Assembly (NCBI GenBank): GCA_035486095.1 | Contig: DATHNM010000479.1 | Span: 18,004 to 82,003, forward strand | DNA: 64,000 nt | Origin: Bryobacteraceae bacterium | Lineage (GTDB): Bacteria; Acidobacteriota; Terriglobia; Bryobacterales; Bryobacteraceae | Direction of reading: 5' to 3' | In this document: positions 26,701 to 34,732 of the stretch, piece by piece | Layout: every line of letters begins with the position of its first letter | Position numbering within the stretch: position 1 is the stretch's first letter | Translations under genes and position numbers: made by a program | Notes under the pieces: model-generated | Databases searched by the model: none | What the model saw: only the letters and a program-made list of their open reading frames with translations | Told to the model about the DNA's origin: nothing

Positions 26701-28331
26701 ACGGGGCCATCACGGTGACGGTGAATGTGGCGGCCAATGCCAGCTCGCCCCAGGTGAATACGGCGATGGTAAGTGGCGGCGGAGCAGCGTCGGCCACTGC
26801 GACCGATTCCACCACGATAGTTAGTCCAGTGGCGGTCCCGAATGTGGTGGGTGACATGCAAGCCGCGGCCACCACGGCGATCACGGGCGCGGGCCTGGTG
26901 GTGGGCACTGTGACAATGGCTTCCAGCGGCACCGTTCCAGCGGGGGATGTGATCAGCGAAAGCCCGGTGGCGGGCACGCTGGTGGCTTCCGGCTCAGCGG
27001 TGAATCTGGTGGTGTCCAGTGGAGCGGGGGCGGGAACGCCGTCGGTGGTTTCGGTAACCCCGAATCCTGCAACCGGGCTCTCGAACACCTTCGCGCTGGT
27101 GTATTCCGATACGGCAGGCAACGCCGGTCTGAATCATGTGGGAGTGATCTTCAGTGCGGCGGCTAGTAGTGTGAACTCCTGCTACGTGTTGTATTATCCA
27201 GCCGCGAATCAGATTTACCTGCTGAACAATGCGGGCACCGCATCGACCAAGATAACCCCGGGGTCCGGGACGCTTTCCAATAGTCAATGCACTATCAGCG
27301 GAAGCGGAACGTCGGTGGTGAAATCGGGCAATAATCTGACGCTGAATCTGGCGGTAACGGCCAGCGCGACTTACACGGGCAAACAGAGCATCTTTATGTA
27401 CGCCGATGACAGCAGTTCGGCAAACACGGGCTGGGTGAATAAAGGGAGTTGGACGCCCGCCGCCAATCAAGCTCCCACGCTGGTTTCGGTGACCCCGAAT
27501 CCAGCCACGGGTCTCACCAATACGTTTGTGCTTAAATACTCGGATGCCAATGGGGTTGGAGATCTGAACACGGTGGGCGTGGACTTCGGTCCGGTGCTAG
27601 GCACCCCAAACTCCTGCTATGTTTTGTACACCGTAGCCACCAATCAACTGGCGTTGTTCAAGGATGGGGGCGGCACGTCGCTCAAGATCACACCGGGTTC
27701 GGGAACGCTATCCAACAGTCAGTGCAGCATCAATGGAAGCGGCACAACGGTGGTAAAGTCGGGCGATAATCTGACGCTGAATCTGGCAGTAACGGCCAGC
27801 TCCACTTACACCGGCAAGCAAAACATCTTCCTGTACGCCGCTGACAACAGTGCGGCGAACACAGGCTGGGTGAACAAAGGAACGTGGGCGCCCGCGGCCA
27901 ACCAGGCGCCGGCGGTAGTTTCGGTGACCCCGACTGCGGCCACTGGCCTCAGCAATACTTTCGCATTGACTTACTCGGACCCGAACGGCTTTACCGACCT
28001 GGATGTGGTGGAAGTGGATTTCGGGACTGCGGTGAGTGCGTCGAATTCCTGTTTCGTGTTGTATTATCCCGCCACCAATCTGCTGTACCTGGAGAACAAC
28101 GCGGGCAACGCAACCACGAAGATCACTCCCGGGGCTGGGACTCTTTCCAACAGCCAATGCACCATCAGCGGCAGCGGCACAACGGTGGTGAAATCGGGCG
28201 ACACGGTCACGCTGAACCTGGCGGTGACGGCGAGTTCCACTTACACAGCGAAGGTAAGCATTTTCATGTTGGCCGAAGACAATAGCCTGCTGAAAACGGC
28301 TTGGACAAATAAGGGGAAATGGACGCCCTAA
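23781..28331 (+). CDS. Giant secreted multidomain astacin-type (M12A-like) zinc metalloprotease
   Basis: Signal peptide. Full astacin signature HEMGHAMGLYHEQSRADRD (24660-24716). An IPT/TIG-like segment (LTISSISPASVTSAAMDITVTGTGF). A DUF11-type repeat (ITKSHVGNFSQNQQNAQYTISVSNTGTGPT...TLTETVPAG). One PASTA-like unit. Three ~145-aa C-terminal modules. Confidence 0.85.
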   Translation: MTCPRTLVVRSFSWLVPLIFCGLALGQNGALRITEPAPSKDGTLVTDEPAIALRGTLAWTGGDRRVLWESSRGFSDLAIVTEGHDGRAIFWSTSSPVPLRPGSNQVRIRALGQPGAATLLNVFYAPRTPLSPPVFKTALLHGKQISYEVKNGLAIYQGDMILGTAADVASAASTGPAAAGSLKEMRPKSLTFAPNFFASTGLWPVVNGVARVPYTITNVTTANTNNINAAIAEANTQLAGVLQWEPANASDVNLVNFDFDPSNLTGACEAFVGMVGMTQTIGGSINCTTTTILHEMGHAMGLYHEQSRADRDTYVNFMEQNIDKPNHLDFDIVGSGSVDSGLYNYASIMEYGPFSFNKDGVSPTLETIPAGMVLGTSLPQYTTGDLDGIKRLYAHAPSAITVDTNPSGLQVVVDSTPCTAPCVFTTWSIGSQHTLSVPLDAHSQTLQALSGQNYIFGRWNAGAANVQTVMVTNSAGDGTLLSPSSMPGITNYLASFIPVHPYNPVIAPAGHGAIVAMPAPSSLVINGTPTNYFQDRQLVTLTVTPNAGFSFYDWFPSPFFSIYSNPYTFYVTADFNSATANLVTDAVTTITAASPDISAAGTFPGFAIGVVDGVGNVSTAFTPANFDASINGSGFASGQKITFSSVPAQSPVTTNISYLFGNWSGAGTPSGDSLSVTVPASGHSTSTANFTPSFRALVSTYLFCPDNSNNNELTVTSSPAGTNVDPLDPNDGDLDAFFTIGNVTFTAGTGSSGLSLAGWSVDLSAGGTTNPYSYALSGQVLGTANFNIPGAAPLTISSISPASVTSAAMDITVTGTGFSTNASNLFTYYVDPVTGFYQYRGNTPTPVGSSTTTVVHLNPGDIATAGYYQIAVLNAVPSGCNPSVVGTFPVANAGGPPVLGITKSHVGNFSQNQQNAQYTISVSNTGTGPTVDPVTLTETVPAGETLVSMSGSGWNCSVSPTCTRTDALGAGLSYGAITVTVNVAANASSPQVNTAMVSGGGAASATATDSTTIVSPVAVPNVVGDMQAAATTAITGAGLVVGTVTMASSGTVPAGDVISESPVAGTLVASGSAVNLVVSSGAGAGTPSVVSVTPNPATGLSNTFALVYSDTAGNAGLNHVGVIFSAAASSVNSCYVLYYPAANQIYLLNNAGTASTKITPGSGTLSNSQCTISGSGTSVVKSGNNLTLNLAVTASATYTGKQSIFMYADDSSSANTGWVNKGSWTPAANQAPTLVSVTPNPATGLTNTFVLKYSDANGVGDLNTVGVDFGPVLGTPNSCYVLYTVATNQLALFKDGGGTSLKITPGSGTLSNSQCSINGSGTTVVKSGDNLTLNLAVTASSTYTGKQNIFLYAADNSAANTGWVNKGTWAPAANQAPAVVSVTPTAATGLSNTFALTYSDPNGFTDLDVVEVDFGTAVSASNSCFVLYYPATNLLYLENNAGNATTKITPGAGTLSNSQCTISGSGTTVVKSGDTVTLNLAVTASSTYTAKVSIFMLAEDNSLLKTAWTNKGKWTP
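26827..27020 (+). other. PASTA-like domain inside the astacin protein
   Basis: VAVPNVVGDMQAAATTAITGAGLVVGTVTMASSGTVPAGDVISESPVAGTLVASGSAVNLVVSSG matches the PASTA pattern (vPdvvG.....A...L...Gl.......s..v..G.vi.q.P..G..v..gs.v.l..s.G). Confidence 0.7.
27039..28328 (+). repeat. 3 tandem in-frame coding repeats (period 435 bp, ~145 aa), uncharacterised two-Cys module
   Basis: Unit starts are at 27039, 27474 and 27909. The consensus is P.(V/L)VSVTP..ATGL(S/T)NTF.L.YSD..G..DL..V.V.F......NSC(Y/F)VLY.....L.L....G.....ITPG.GTLSNSQC.I.GSGT.VVKSG(D/N).(L/V)TLNLAVTAS.TYTGKQ.IF.YA.D.S.ANTGWVNKG.W.P. The protein ends exactly after the third unit. Confidence 0.9.
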
Positions 28332-28547
28332 CCGGGACCTGATGCTACTAGTACGATGCGGCCCCTATAAACATAGAAATGCGATCAAAATTCGGGCCGC
28401 ATGGATGTATACTATCTGCCCAGGACTCCAAAACGGAAAACTTGGCCGATCGCTCTGTGGAGCGGGCATAGCGAGTTCATCTGACGATGGCAGGATGAAC
28501 CTGATCGGTGGGTTCGTTTTGGCAGCGGGGTAACTCGGGGGGGATAA

Positions 28548-31500
28548 ATGACTTGGCGAACGGCCCTGATACTGTCGGTGTGGCTTGCCACTTGGGTGCC
28601 GGCATGCGCGCAGCAGCCCGGTTCCTGCAAGACGATCACGTATGAGGGACTCGCCGAAAAAGTGCCGATCCCAACATTCGCCGGCATCAGTTCGCCAGGT
28701 TGGGTGGCGGGTATCTCAGTGGTGGCCTATGGACTTCCACTGGGCGATCCCACAGGCGGCCATGCGCAATTCATCAATGAACCTTCTCCGGTAACCGCCG
28801 CCGTCTTCCTGAATGGAAGTAACGATATTACGTTCGCCACTCCGGTTTCGAGCGTTCAATATTATTACGCCACGGCCTACAGCACTACAGTGACGGCCTA
28901 CGACGCGAGCAATAACGTACTGGCGCAGGAAGTGGTTCCCGCGAATTGGTCCGGCAATCCAAATGGCTACGACGTGTGGACCCAAATCACTCCGGTGCAG
29001 GCGCCCGGCGCGAAGATATCGAGAATCAATATCTTGTCGTCGGGCCCGGCACTGAACAATTTCCTGGGCATCGACAATCTGAAAGTCTGCACCGCCATCG
29101 CTATCGATAGCGTGGAAATGACGCAGGCTATTCAGCAGATCCAACCGCTGGCCGATCTGGAAGCGAGCCTGGCAAGCACCAACGAGCCGCCAGTCCCCCA
29201 CATTTCTGGAAAACCGGGTGTGATGCGCGTCTATCTGCAGTCTGTCGCGCAGACTGCATTGGTGAATGTGCAGCTGGATATACCGGGGCTTCCCGAACAG
29301 ATCAAGACCGCGACCGCCATGCCGGGCTGCACGCCCACCCAGCAGAGATATGGGTCGAACGGGTGTCTATCCACGGACTTCTATTTCACACCGCCAAGCG
29401 GCGCCTGGACCGCGACACTGCAACTGATCGACGTTCTCAGCGCCACGACAATTGAGCAGGAGGTTCTGAATTTCAAGAGTCGTGATACGCAGGCTTTGCG
29501 CCTGGAAGCCGTATCGACATGCGATACGGTGGATGAAACGGGGCAGTGGCTTTGCGCGGACGCATCCGATCTGCAAGGTAAAGAAGCCCTGTTAGCGAAA
29601 ATTGCGCCGACGAATTCGGTAACCGTCGACATCACGGACCAGGTCATACGTCGCGATGTCAACCAGCTTGTGCCGCCGTTCCCGCCGGGAGATGACGTCA
29701 ACGATTACTGGTGGGATCTGGTGACGGCCGATCTCGGGCGAATGTATGGGTTCATAGATTCCGGACAGGATCTGTTTTTCAACCGGCATAGCACGTACCA
29801 TGGAATGGTTCGGCCCGACCTTCCTGGCAGTACCGGCGGACAGGCGGACGCAATACCCGGTCGCGGAGCAGCCAGCCGGACCAGCGCGCTCCGGTTTGCC
29901 TCGAATACCGAAACCAGTGTCGAGGTTGTGGCACACGAGACAGGGCATGCCTTAGGGTTGAAGCACACCAATGAAGGCAACCCGGCAAACCAGGTGGCTC
30001 CCCCTGGCTGCTATAGCTTCGCGGCCGATTCCTCGACGGACTGGCCTTTCCCTAACAACAATATTCAGAGCAACGACAATTTGGAAGTCGGTTTTGACGT
30101 AGCCTTAAGAACACCCATCGATCCGAACGTGACGTTCGACGTGATGAGCTATTGCAGCCCCCGCTGGATCTCGCCGCAACGCTACAAGACCATGATCACT
30201 ACGCTCGGCGGCGGCTCGGGATTTCAGCCCTCTGCGCGCCAACCCATGAGCGTTGTCACCGAAGCGTTCTGGATGGTTTCGGGCACCCTTCCGGGAACCG
30301 GCGCGCCTCAATTCGATCCAATTTTCACGCAGACCGTGCAAGGCGACACCAGCGGCGGCTCAGGCACGTATTCGTTGGAAGTGCAGAATTCCGGGGGCGC
30401 CGCGCTTTTCACGCAGCATTTCACGCCGGGAACGCCGGGCACCGAAACCAGCGGCACCGATACACAGGGCTATCCGGGTTTTGCGCAATTGATTCCGGTA
30501 ACCGCCGGCGCAGTTCGGATTGTTCTGAAAGATCCCACCAGCGCGGTGCTCGGAACCATTGCCCTGGGCGGCGTTGCTCCCACGGTCCACATTACCAACC
30601 CGACGGCCAGCTTCACCGGAGTGGGAAACATTTCGTGGACGATTACCGATCCCGATTCGTCCTCCTTCGATTCCAGGGTTTTCTATTCGCCTGATAACGG
30701 AGCGCACTATTCTGAAATCGGCGAAGTGCGAAACAGCGGCACCACGCTGCTTGCGGACTTTACTAAGCTGGCCGGATCGAACGGGCAGGGGCTGATCAAG
30801 GTGCTGGTTTCAGACGGTGTCAACACTGGCAGGGCGACTTCGGCCAACTTCAGCATTGCGAAGAAACTGCCCACCGCGGTACTGATCACCGCACCGGCCG
30901 CTAACGCCAGCCAGCCGGCCGTGGACCCGGTGCTTTTCAGCGGCGCCGCGTTCGATCCCGACGACGGCGCACTCACCGGTGCGGCTCTTAAGTGGAGTTC
31001 CAATTTGCAGGGCGCGCTGGGCACTGGCTCGCCGTTATCGGCGGCCCTTCAGCCGGGAATTCACACCATCACGCTAACCGCGACGGATTCGGACGGGAAT
31101 TCAATTAGCGCGAACGAGACAATTACGATAGGCGGGCAACCTCCCGCGTTGAGCCTGAACATCAAGAATCTGGCCGGGCCGCCCGCATCTTCGACAACTT
31201 GCATCCAGGCGACCATTGGCGCAGCGCCGGGCACCAATGGCGCACCACTTTCCTCTGTGCAATACAGTCTGAACGCAGGCGGCAACTACACAACTGTTAG
31301 TTTGAGCGCCCTCCCGTTTACTTTCACGGTGCCGGGCAGCGGCTTCATTGACATGCTGGCTCGCGCTTTTGACACCTCCAACCAATCGAACGCGCAGGCC
31401 GGTTCGTTCTTTGTCAGTAATGCCTGCCAGGCGGCGACAGTGCCCAACGTAGTGGGCGCAACGCTAACGGCGGCTCAAGCGGCGATTGCGGCGGCCCAAC

Positions 31501-33341
31501 TGGTGATCGGCAACATTACCACTGCTTCCAGCGGCAGCGTGCCGGCGGGCAACATCATCAGCGAGAGTCCGATCGCGGGCACGGTTGTGTCTCCGGGTAA
31601 TTCAGCGTCGGTGAATCTGGTTTTCTCGACGGGTTCGGGAGCGGTGAAAGTCCCGAACGTTGTAGGCGCGACCGAAGCGGCGGCAACAATGGCGATTCAA
31701 GCCGCCGGCCTGGCGGTCGGAACCGTTACCACCGCCTCCAGCAGCACCGTGGCATCCGGAAGTGTGATCAGCGAGAGCCCTGTGGCCGGGACTTCGGTAA
31801 GCGTCGGTTCGGCAGTGAATCTGAAAATCTCCACCGGCCCCGCGCAGGTGTCTGTTCCAAATGTTGTGGGGTCAACGCAAGCGGCTGCCACGACGGCCAT
31901 TACCGGCGTTGGATTAACGGTTGGAACTGTTACCACAGCGTCTAGCAGCACGGTACCATCCGGCAATGTGATCAGCGAAAGCCCGGTTGCGGGCACTCAA
32001 GTGAATGTTGGTTCAGCGGTAAATTTGGTCGTGTCTTCCGGCGCCGGAGGCACGCCGGCAGTGGTGTCCGTAACTCCGAATGCCGGCACGGGACTGTCCA
32101 ATACTTTCGCGCTGGTTTATTCCGATACCGGCGGCAATGCGAGTCTCAATCATGTGGGGGTGATCTTTAATCCGGTCGCGACTGGTGTGGGTTCCTGCTA
32201 TGTCCTCTATTACCCAGGCGCGAATCTTGTCTACCTGCTGAATAACGCAGGCAGCGCGTCCACTAAGCTAACTCCTGGTTCCGGGACGCTTTCCAACAGC
32301 CAGTGCAGCATCAGCGGCAGCGGTACATCGGTAGTGAAATCGGGCAACAGCCTTACGCTTCACCTGGCGGTTACCGCCAGCTCCACTTACACCGGCAAAC
32401 AGACCATTTTCATGTACGCCGATGACAATACCGCGGTGAACACTGGTTGGGTGAGCGAAGGAACCTGGACTCCTGCCACCAATCAGCCCCCCACGCTGGT
32501 TTCAGTGACTCCGACTCCGGCTACCGGCCTCACCAATACCTTTTCGCTGACTTACTCCGATCCCAACGGCGCTTCGGATCTGAATGTCGTTAAAGTCGTG
32601 TTCGGGCCCACCGCAAGTATCGCCAGGTCCTGTTATGTATTGTATTTTCCCGATACCAATCTCCTCTACCTGGAGAACACGGCCGGCACTGGAACTGTTA
32701 ATCCTGTCTCTGGAATACTTTCCAACAGTCAGTGCAGTATCAATGGCAACACGTCGACTGTGGGGAAATCGGGCGATAGCGTCACCATAAACCTGGTTAT
32801 GACCGCGAGTTCCACCTACACCGGTTTGCAAAACATCTTTATGTACGCTGCTGACAACAGTTCAGCGAACACCGGTTTTGTGAACAAAGGAACGTGGACG
32901 CCAGCCACCAACCAGGCGCCCGCGGCGGTATCGGTGACTCCCACGCCGGCTACGGGCCTCACAAATACTTTCGTGTTGACTTACTCAGATCCTAACGGCG
33001 CGTCTGATCTGAGCGCTATTAAAGTGGACTTCGGCGCAGCGGTCAGCACTTCCAATTCCTGCTACGTCGTGTATAGTCCGGCCACCAATCAGCTGTCGCT
33101 TGAGAACAATGCGGGAACGGCAACTACGAAGATAACTCCTGGTTCGGGGACGCTTTCGAATAATCAATGTACTATAAGCGGGAGCGGCACAACGGTAGTC
33201 AGATCGGGAGATAACATTACGCTGAACCTGGCGCTAACCGCCAGCGCCACCTACACCGCCAAGATTAGCGTCTTCATGAATGCCCAGGACAACAGCTCGG
33301 CAACATCGGGGTGGCTGAAGAAAGGAACTTGGACGCCTTAA
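28548..33341 (+). CDS. Giant secreted multidomain metzincin-type zinc metalloprotease (non-astacin head)
   Basis: Signal peptide MTWRTALILSVWLATWVPACAQ. HExxHxxGxxH in VVAHETGHALGLKHTNEG (29934-29966). Ig/PKD-like segments (GIHTITLTATDSDGNSISANETITI). Three PASTA-like units. Three ~145-aa modules collinear with those of the preceding gene. Confidence 0.85.
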   Translation: MTWRTALILSVWLATWVPACAQQPGSCKTITYEGLAEKVPIPTFAGISSPGWVAGISVVAYGLPLGDPTGGHAQFINEPSPVTAAVFLNGSNDITFATPVSSVQYYYATAYSTTVTAYDASNNVLAQEVVPANWSGNPNGYDVWTQITPVQAPGAKISRINILSSGPALNNFLGIDNLKVCTAIAIDSVEMTQAIQQIQPLADLEASLASTNEPPVPHISGKPGVMRVYLQSVAQTALVNVQLDIPGLPEQIKTATAMPGCTPTQQRYGSNGCLSTDFYFTPPSGAWTATLQLIDVLSATTIEQEVLNFKSRDTQALRLEAVSTCDTVDETGQWLCADASDLQGKEALLAKIAPTNSVTVDITDQVIRRDVNQLVPPFPPGDDVNDYWWDLVTADLGRMYGFIDSGQDLFFNRHSTYHGMVRPDLPGSTGGQADAIPGRGAASRTSALRFASNTETSVEVVAHETGHALGLKHTNEGNPANQVAPPGCYSFAADSSTDWPFPNNNIQSNDNLEVGFDVALRTPIDPNVTFDVMSYCSPRWISPQRYKTMITTLGGGSGFQPSARQPMSVVTEAFWMVSGTLPGTGAPQFDPIFTQTVQGDTSGGSGTYSLEVQNSGGAALFTQHFTPGTPGTETSGTDTQGYPGFAQLIPVTAGAVRIVLKDPTSAVLGTIALGGVAPTVHITNPTASFTGVGNISWTITDPDSSSFDSRVFYSPDNGAHYSEIGEVRNSGTTLLADFTKLAGSNGQGLIKVLVSDGVNTGRATSANFSIAKKLPTAVLITAPAANASQPAVDPVLFSGAAFDPDDGALTGAALKWSSNLQGALGTGSPLSAALQPGIHTITLTATDSDGNSISANETITIGGQPPALSLNIKNLAGPPASSTTCIQATIGAAPGTNGAPLSSVQYSLNAGGNYTTVSLSALPFTFTVPGSGFIDMLARAFDTSNQSNAQAGSFFVSNACQAATVPNVVGATLTAAQAAIAAAQLVIGNITTASSGSVPAGNIISESPIAGTVVSPGNSASVNLVFSTGSGAVKVPNVVGATEAAATMAIQAAGLAVGTVTTASSSTVASGSVISESPVAGTSVSVGSAVNLKISTGPAQVSVPNVVGSTQAAATTAITGVGLTVGTVTTASSSTVPSGNVISESPVAGTQVNVGSAVNLVVSSGAGGTPAVVSVTPNAGTGLSNTFALVYSDTGGNASLNHVGVIFNPVATGVGSCYVLYYPGANLVYLLNNAGSASTKLTPGSGTLSNSQCSISGSGTSVVKSGNSLTLHLAVTASSTYTGKQTIFMYADDNTAVNTGWVSEGTWTPATNQPPTLVSVTPTPATGLTNTFSLTYSDPNGASDLNVVKVVFGPTASIARSCYVLYFPDTNLLYLENTAGTGTVNPVSGILSNSQCSINGNTSTVGKSGDSVTINLVMTASSTYTGLQNIFMYAADNSSANTGFVNKGTWTPATNQAPAAVSVTPTPATGLTNTFVLTYSDPNGASDLSAIKVDFGAAVSTSNSCYVVYSPATNQLSLENNAGTATTKITPGSGTLSNNQCTISGSGTTVVRSGDNITLNLALTASATYTAKISVFMNAQDNSSATSGWLKKGTWTP
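31435..32040 (+). repeat. 3 tandem PASTA-like units (coding)
   Basis: VPNVVGATLTAAQAAIAAAQLVIGNITTASSGSVPAGNIISESPIAGTVV...; VPNVVGATEAAATMAIQAAGLAVGTVTTASSSTVASGSVISESPVAGTSV...; VPNVVGSTQAAATTAITGVGLTVGTVTTASSSTVPSGNVISESPVAGTQV... Confidence 0.75.
32055..33338 (+). repeat. 3 tandem in-frame coding repeats (~143-145 aa) of the same two-Cys module as 27039..28328
   Basis: Unit starts are at 32055, 32490 and 32919. Unit i here is most similar to unit i of the upstream protein. For example, unit 1 of both reads ALVYSDT.GNA.LNHVGVIF...SCYVLYYP.AN..YLLNNAG.AST. Confidence 0.9.
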
Positions 33342-33348
33342 ACGTCCT

Positions 33349-33382
33349 CTGGGAGGCTGCGGTTTCATTCGCAGCCTCCCAG
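33349..33382. terminator. Perfect 13-bp stem / 8-nt loop hairpin between convergent genes (likely bidirectional terminator)
   Basis: CTGGGAGGCTGCG (33349-33361), loop GTTTCATT, then CGCAGCCTCCCAG (33370-33382). It lies 8 nt after the stop at 33341 and 24 nt from the convergent stop at 33406. There is no U-tract. Confidence 0.6.
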
Positions 33383-33405
33383 GATATACATCATCTACCG
33401 AAGTT

Positions 33406-33960
33406 TTACCGGGCGACCGATTCTACCCCGTGAGTGCTGACGCTCTTTTCACCAGCCGATGAGATGTCTTCCGCGCCGGTTGCTTTCAACAGATCCTTGG
33501 CGCGCGAAATTTCATCGGACGTATCGCAATGAACGGAAAGCAGTACGCCGCCTTCCTTCACCCGGCCTTCATAGCGCTTGGCTTCGTATTCGGGAATTCC
33601 CATGCCCACCAGCGCGCCAATGAATCCACCCACTGCGCCGCCAACACCCAACCCGGCCAGCGCGCCCATGATCGGACCGGCCGCGATGAACGGACCGACC
33701 CCTGGAATCGCCAAGGCCCCGATTCCAGCCAGCAGACCTAGGGCTCCGCCAACCACGCCACCGGTAGTGACGCCGGTTGTTGTACCTTCCGGAGCCTTGG
33801 TGTTCTTTTCGTGAGCGAATTCCTTCGAGCTTTGGCTATCCGGCATCAACACCGAAATGTCGTTGTTGGAGAAGCCTGCTCCGATGATGCGATCGACGGC
33901 CCGCTCGGCTAGCGAACTGTTTTTATAAATACCAAAAACGGCTGTATTCTTGCCTGCCAT
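33406..33960 (-). CDS. General-stress-type membrane protein (YflT/GSP17M-like N-domain plus glycine-zipper TM region)
   Basis: AVFGIYKNSSLAERAVDRIIGAGFSNNDISVLM. A Gly-zipper GGVVGGALGLLAGIGALAIPGVGPFIAAGPIMGALAGLGVGGAVGGFIGALVGMG. A C-terminal EYEAKRYEGRVKEGGVLLSVH. The family name is from memory. Confidence 0.6.
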   Translation of the reverse strand: MAGKNTAVFGIYKNSSLAERAVDRIIGAGFSNNDISVLMPDSQSSKEFAHEKNTKAPEGTTTGVTTGGVVGGALGLLAGIGALAIPGVGPFIAAGPIMGALAGLGVGGAVGGFIGALVGMGIPEYEAKRYEGRVKEGGVLLSVHCDTSDEISRAKDLLKATGAEDISSAGEKSVSTHGVESVAR

Positions 33961-34010
33961 ATATAAAGTCTCCTTTTGAACTGCGAGTTAGAATGAAGCT
34001 GAACTAGAAA

Positions 34011-34400
34011 TTAGTGCTTGACCGAAACCTGATCGGTCACCTTGTCGGGGCTGCCCACCACGGCTACCGCCTTGGCGATAACCGCGCTCTTCTCGTCTTC
34101 CGATTTGACCGGCCCCTTCAATGTGACGGTTCCGTTCTGGCTGATGATCTTAATGTTGTGCGCGTAGCTCGACAGGGATTTGTCGGCCATGATCGATTGG
34201 CGGATGCTCTTCGTCAATCCACGATCGGTCTGATTGTCCTTTTGTTGATCGGCGGTTGGCTGACCCGCGTCGCGATCGCGCTTGTTTACGCTGGTGTTGT
34301 CCGGCTTTGCCGCGGAATCGGGCGTTTGGGCCCCGGCGGACGTAGTAATCATGGAAGCCGCACAGAACGCGGCCATTATAAGAGTGCGTTGGATTTTCAT
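34011..34400 (-). CDS. Secreted BON-domain protein (OsmY-like)
   Basis: Signal peptide MKIQRTLIMAAFCAASMITTSAGAQ. A low-complexity linker. BON pattern IRQSIMADKSLSSYAHNIKIISQNGTVTLKGPVKSEDEKSAVIAKAV. Confidence 0.75.
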   Translation of the reverse strand: MKIQRTLIMAAFCAASMITTSAGAQTPDSAAKPDNTSVNKRDRDAGQPTADQQKDNQTDRGLTKSIRQSIMADKSLSSYAHNIKIISQNGTVTLKGPVKSEDEKSAVIAKAVAVVGSPDKVTDQVSVKH

Positions 34401-34416
34401 CTGTGAACCTTTCCTG

Positions 34417-34575
34417 CTAGGTGGCGTTCTTCAAGCGCTTGCCGCCGCGCTCCAGTTTTTCGCCGGCGTCGTGCGCCACTTCCTTCGCTTTGTCGACCAC
34501 TTGGCTTGCGGCCTTCTTGGTGGCGTCGGCCGCATCGTCGATTTTGTCTTTCACTTTATCTTTGAAATCGCTCAT
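34417..34575 (-). CDS. 52-aa CsbD-like small stress protein (below the ORF-track size cutoff)
   Basis: Manual translation gives MSDFKDKVKDKIDDAADATKKAASQVVDKAKEVAHDAGEKLERGGKRLKNAT*. It is Lys/Asp/Ala-rich and helical like the CsbD/LEA-type proteins. A purine-rich GGAAAGGA lies upstream. It sits 16 nt upstream of the BON gene on the same strand. Confidence 0.55.
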   Translation of the reverse strand: MSDFKDKVKDKIDDAADATKKAASQVVDKAKEVAHDAGEKLERGGKRLKNAT

Positions 34576-34732
34576 CGTTTTTGTTGTCCTTTCCCGTCAG
34601 CGAAGTCTCTCGATAGATCCGCCCGTTAGAGTCGCGGGCGTGAGGAATGTTACAAATTTCGCTTGAGAAAACAACTATCGATGGCGTTTGCGGCCTGCGC
34701 GAATGTGGGTGATAGATTAGTTACTGCGTACG

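Noticed and set aside
27039-33338. Regular ~435-bp periodic repeats that could be mistaken for a repeat array or mobile DNA.
   Set aside because: They are in-frame protein modules inside two long ORFs. The units diverge at synonymous and non-synonymous sites, there are no spacers, and no short direct repeats of CRISPR size.
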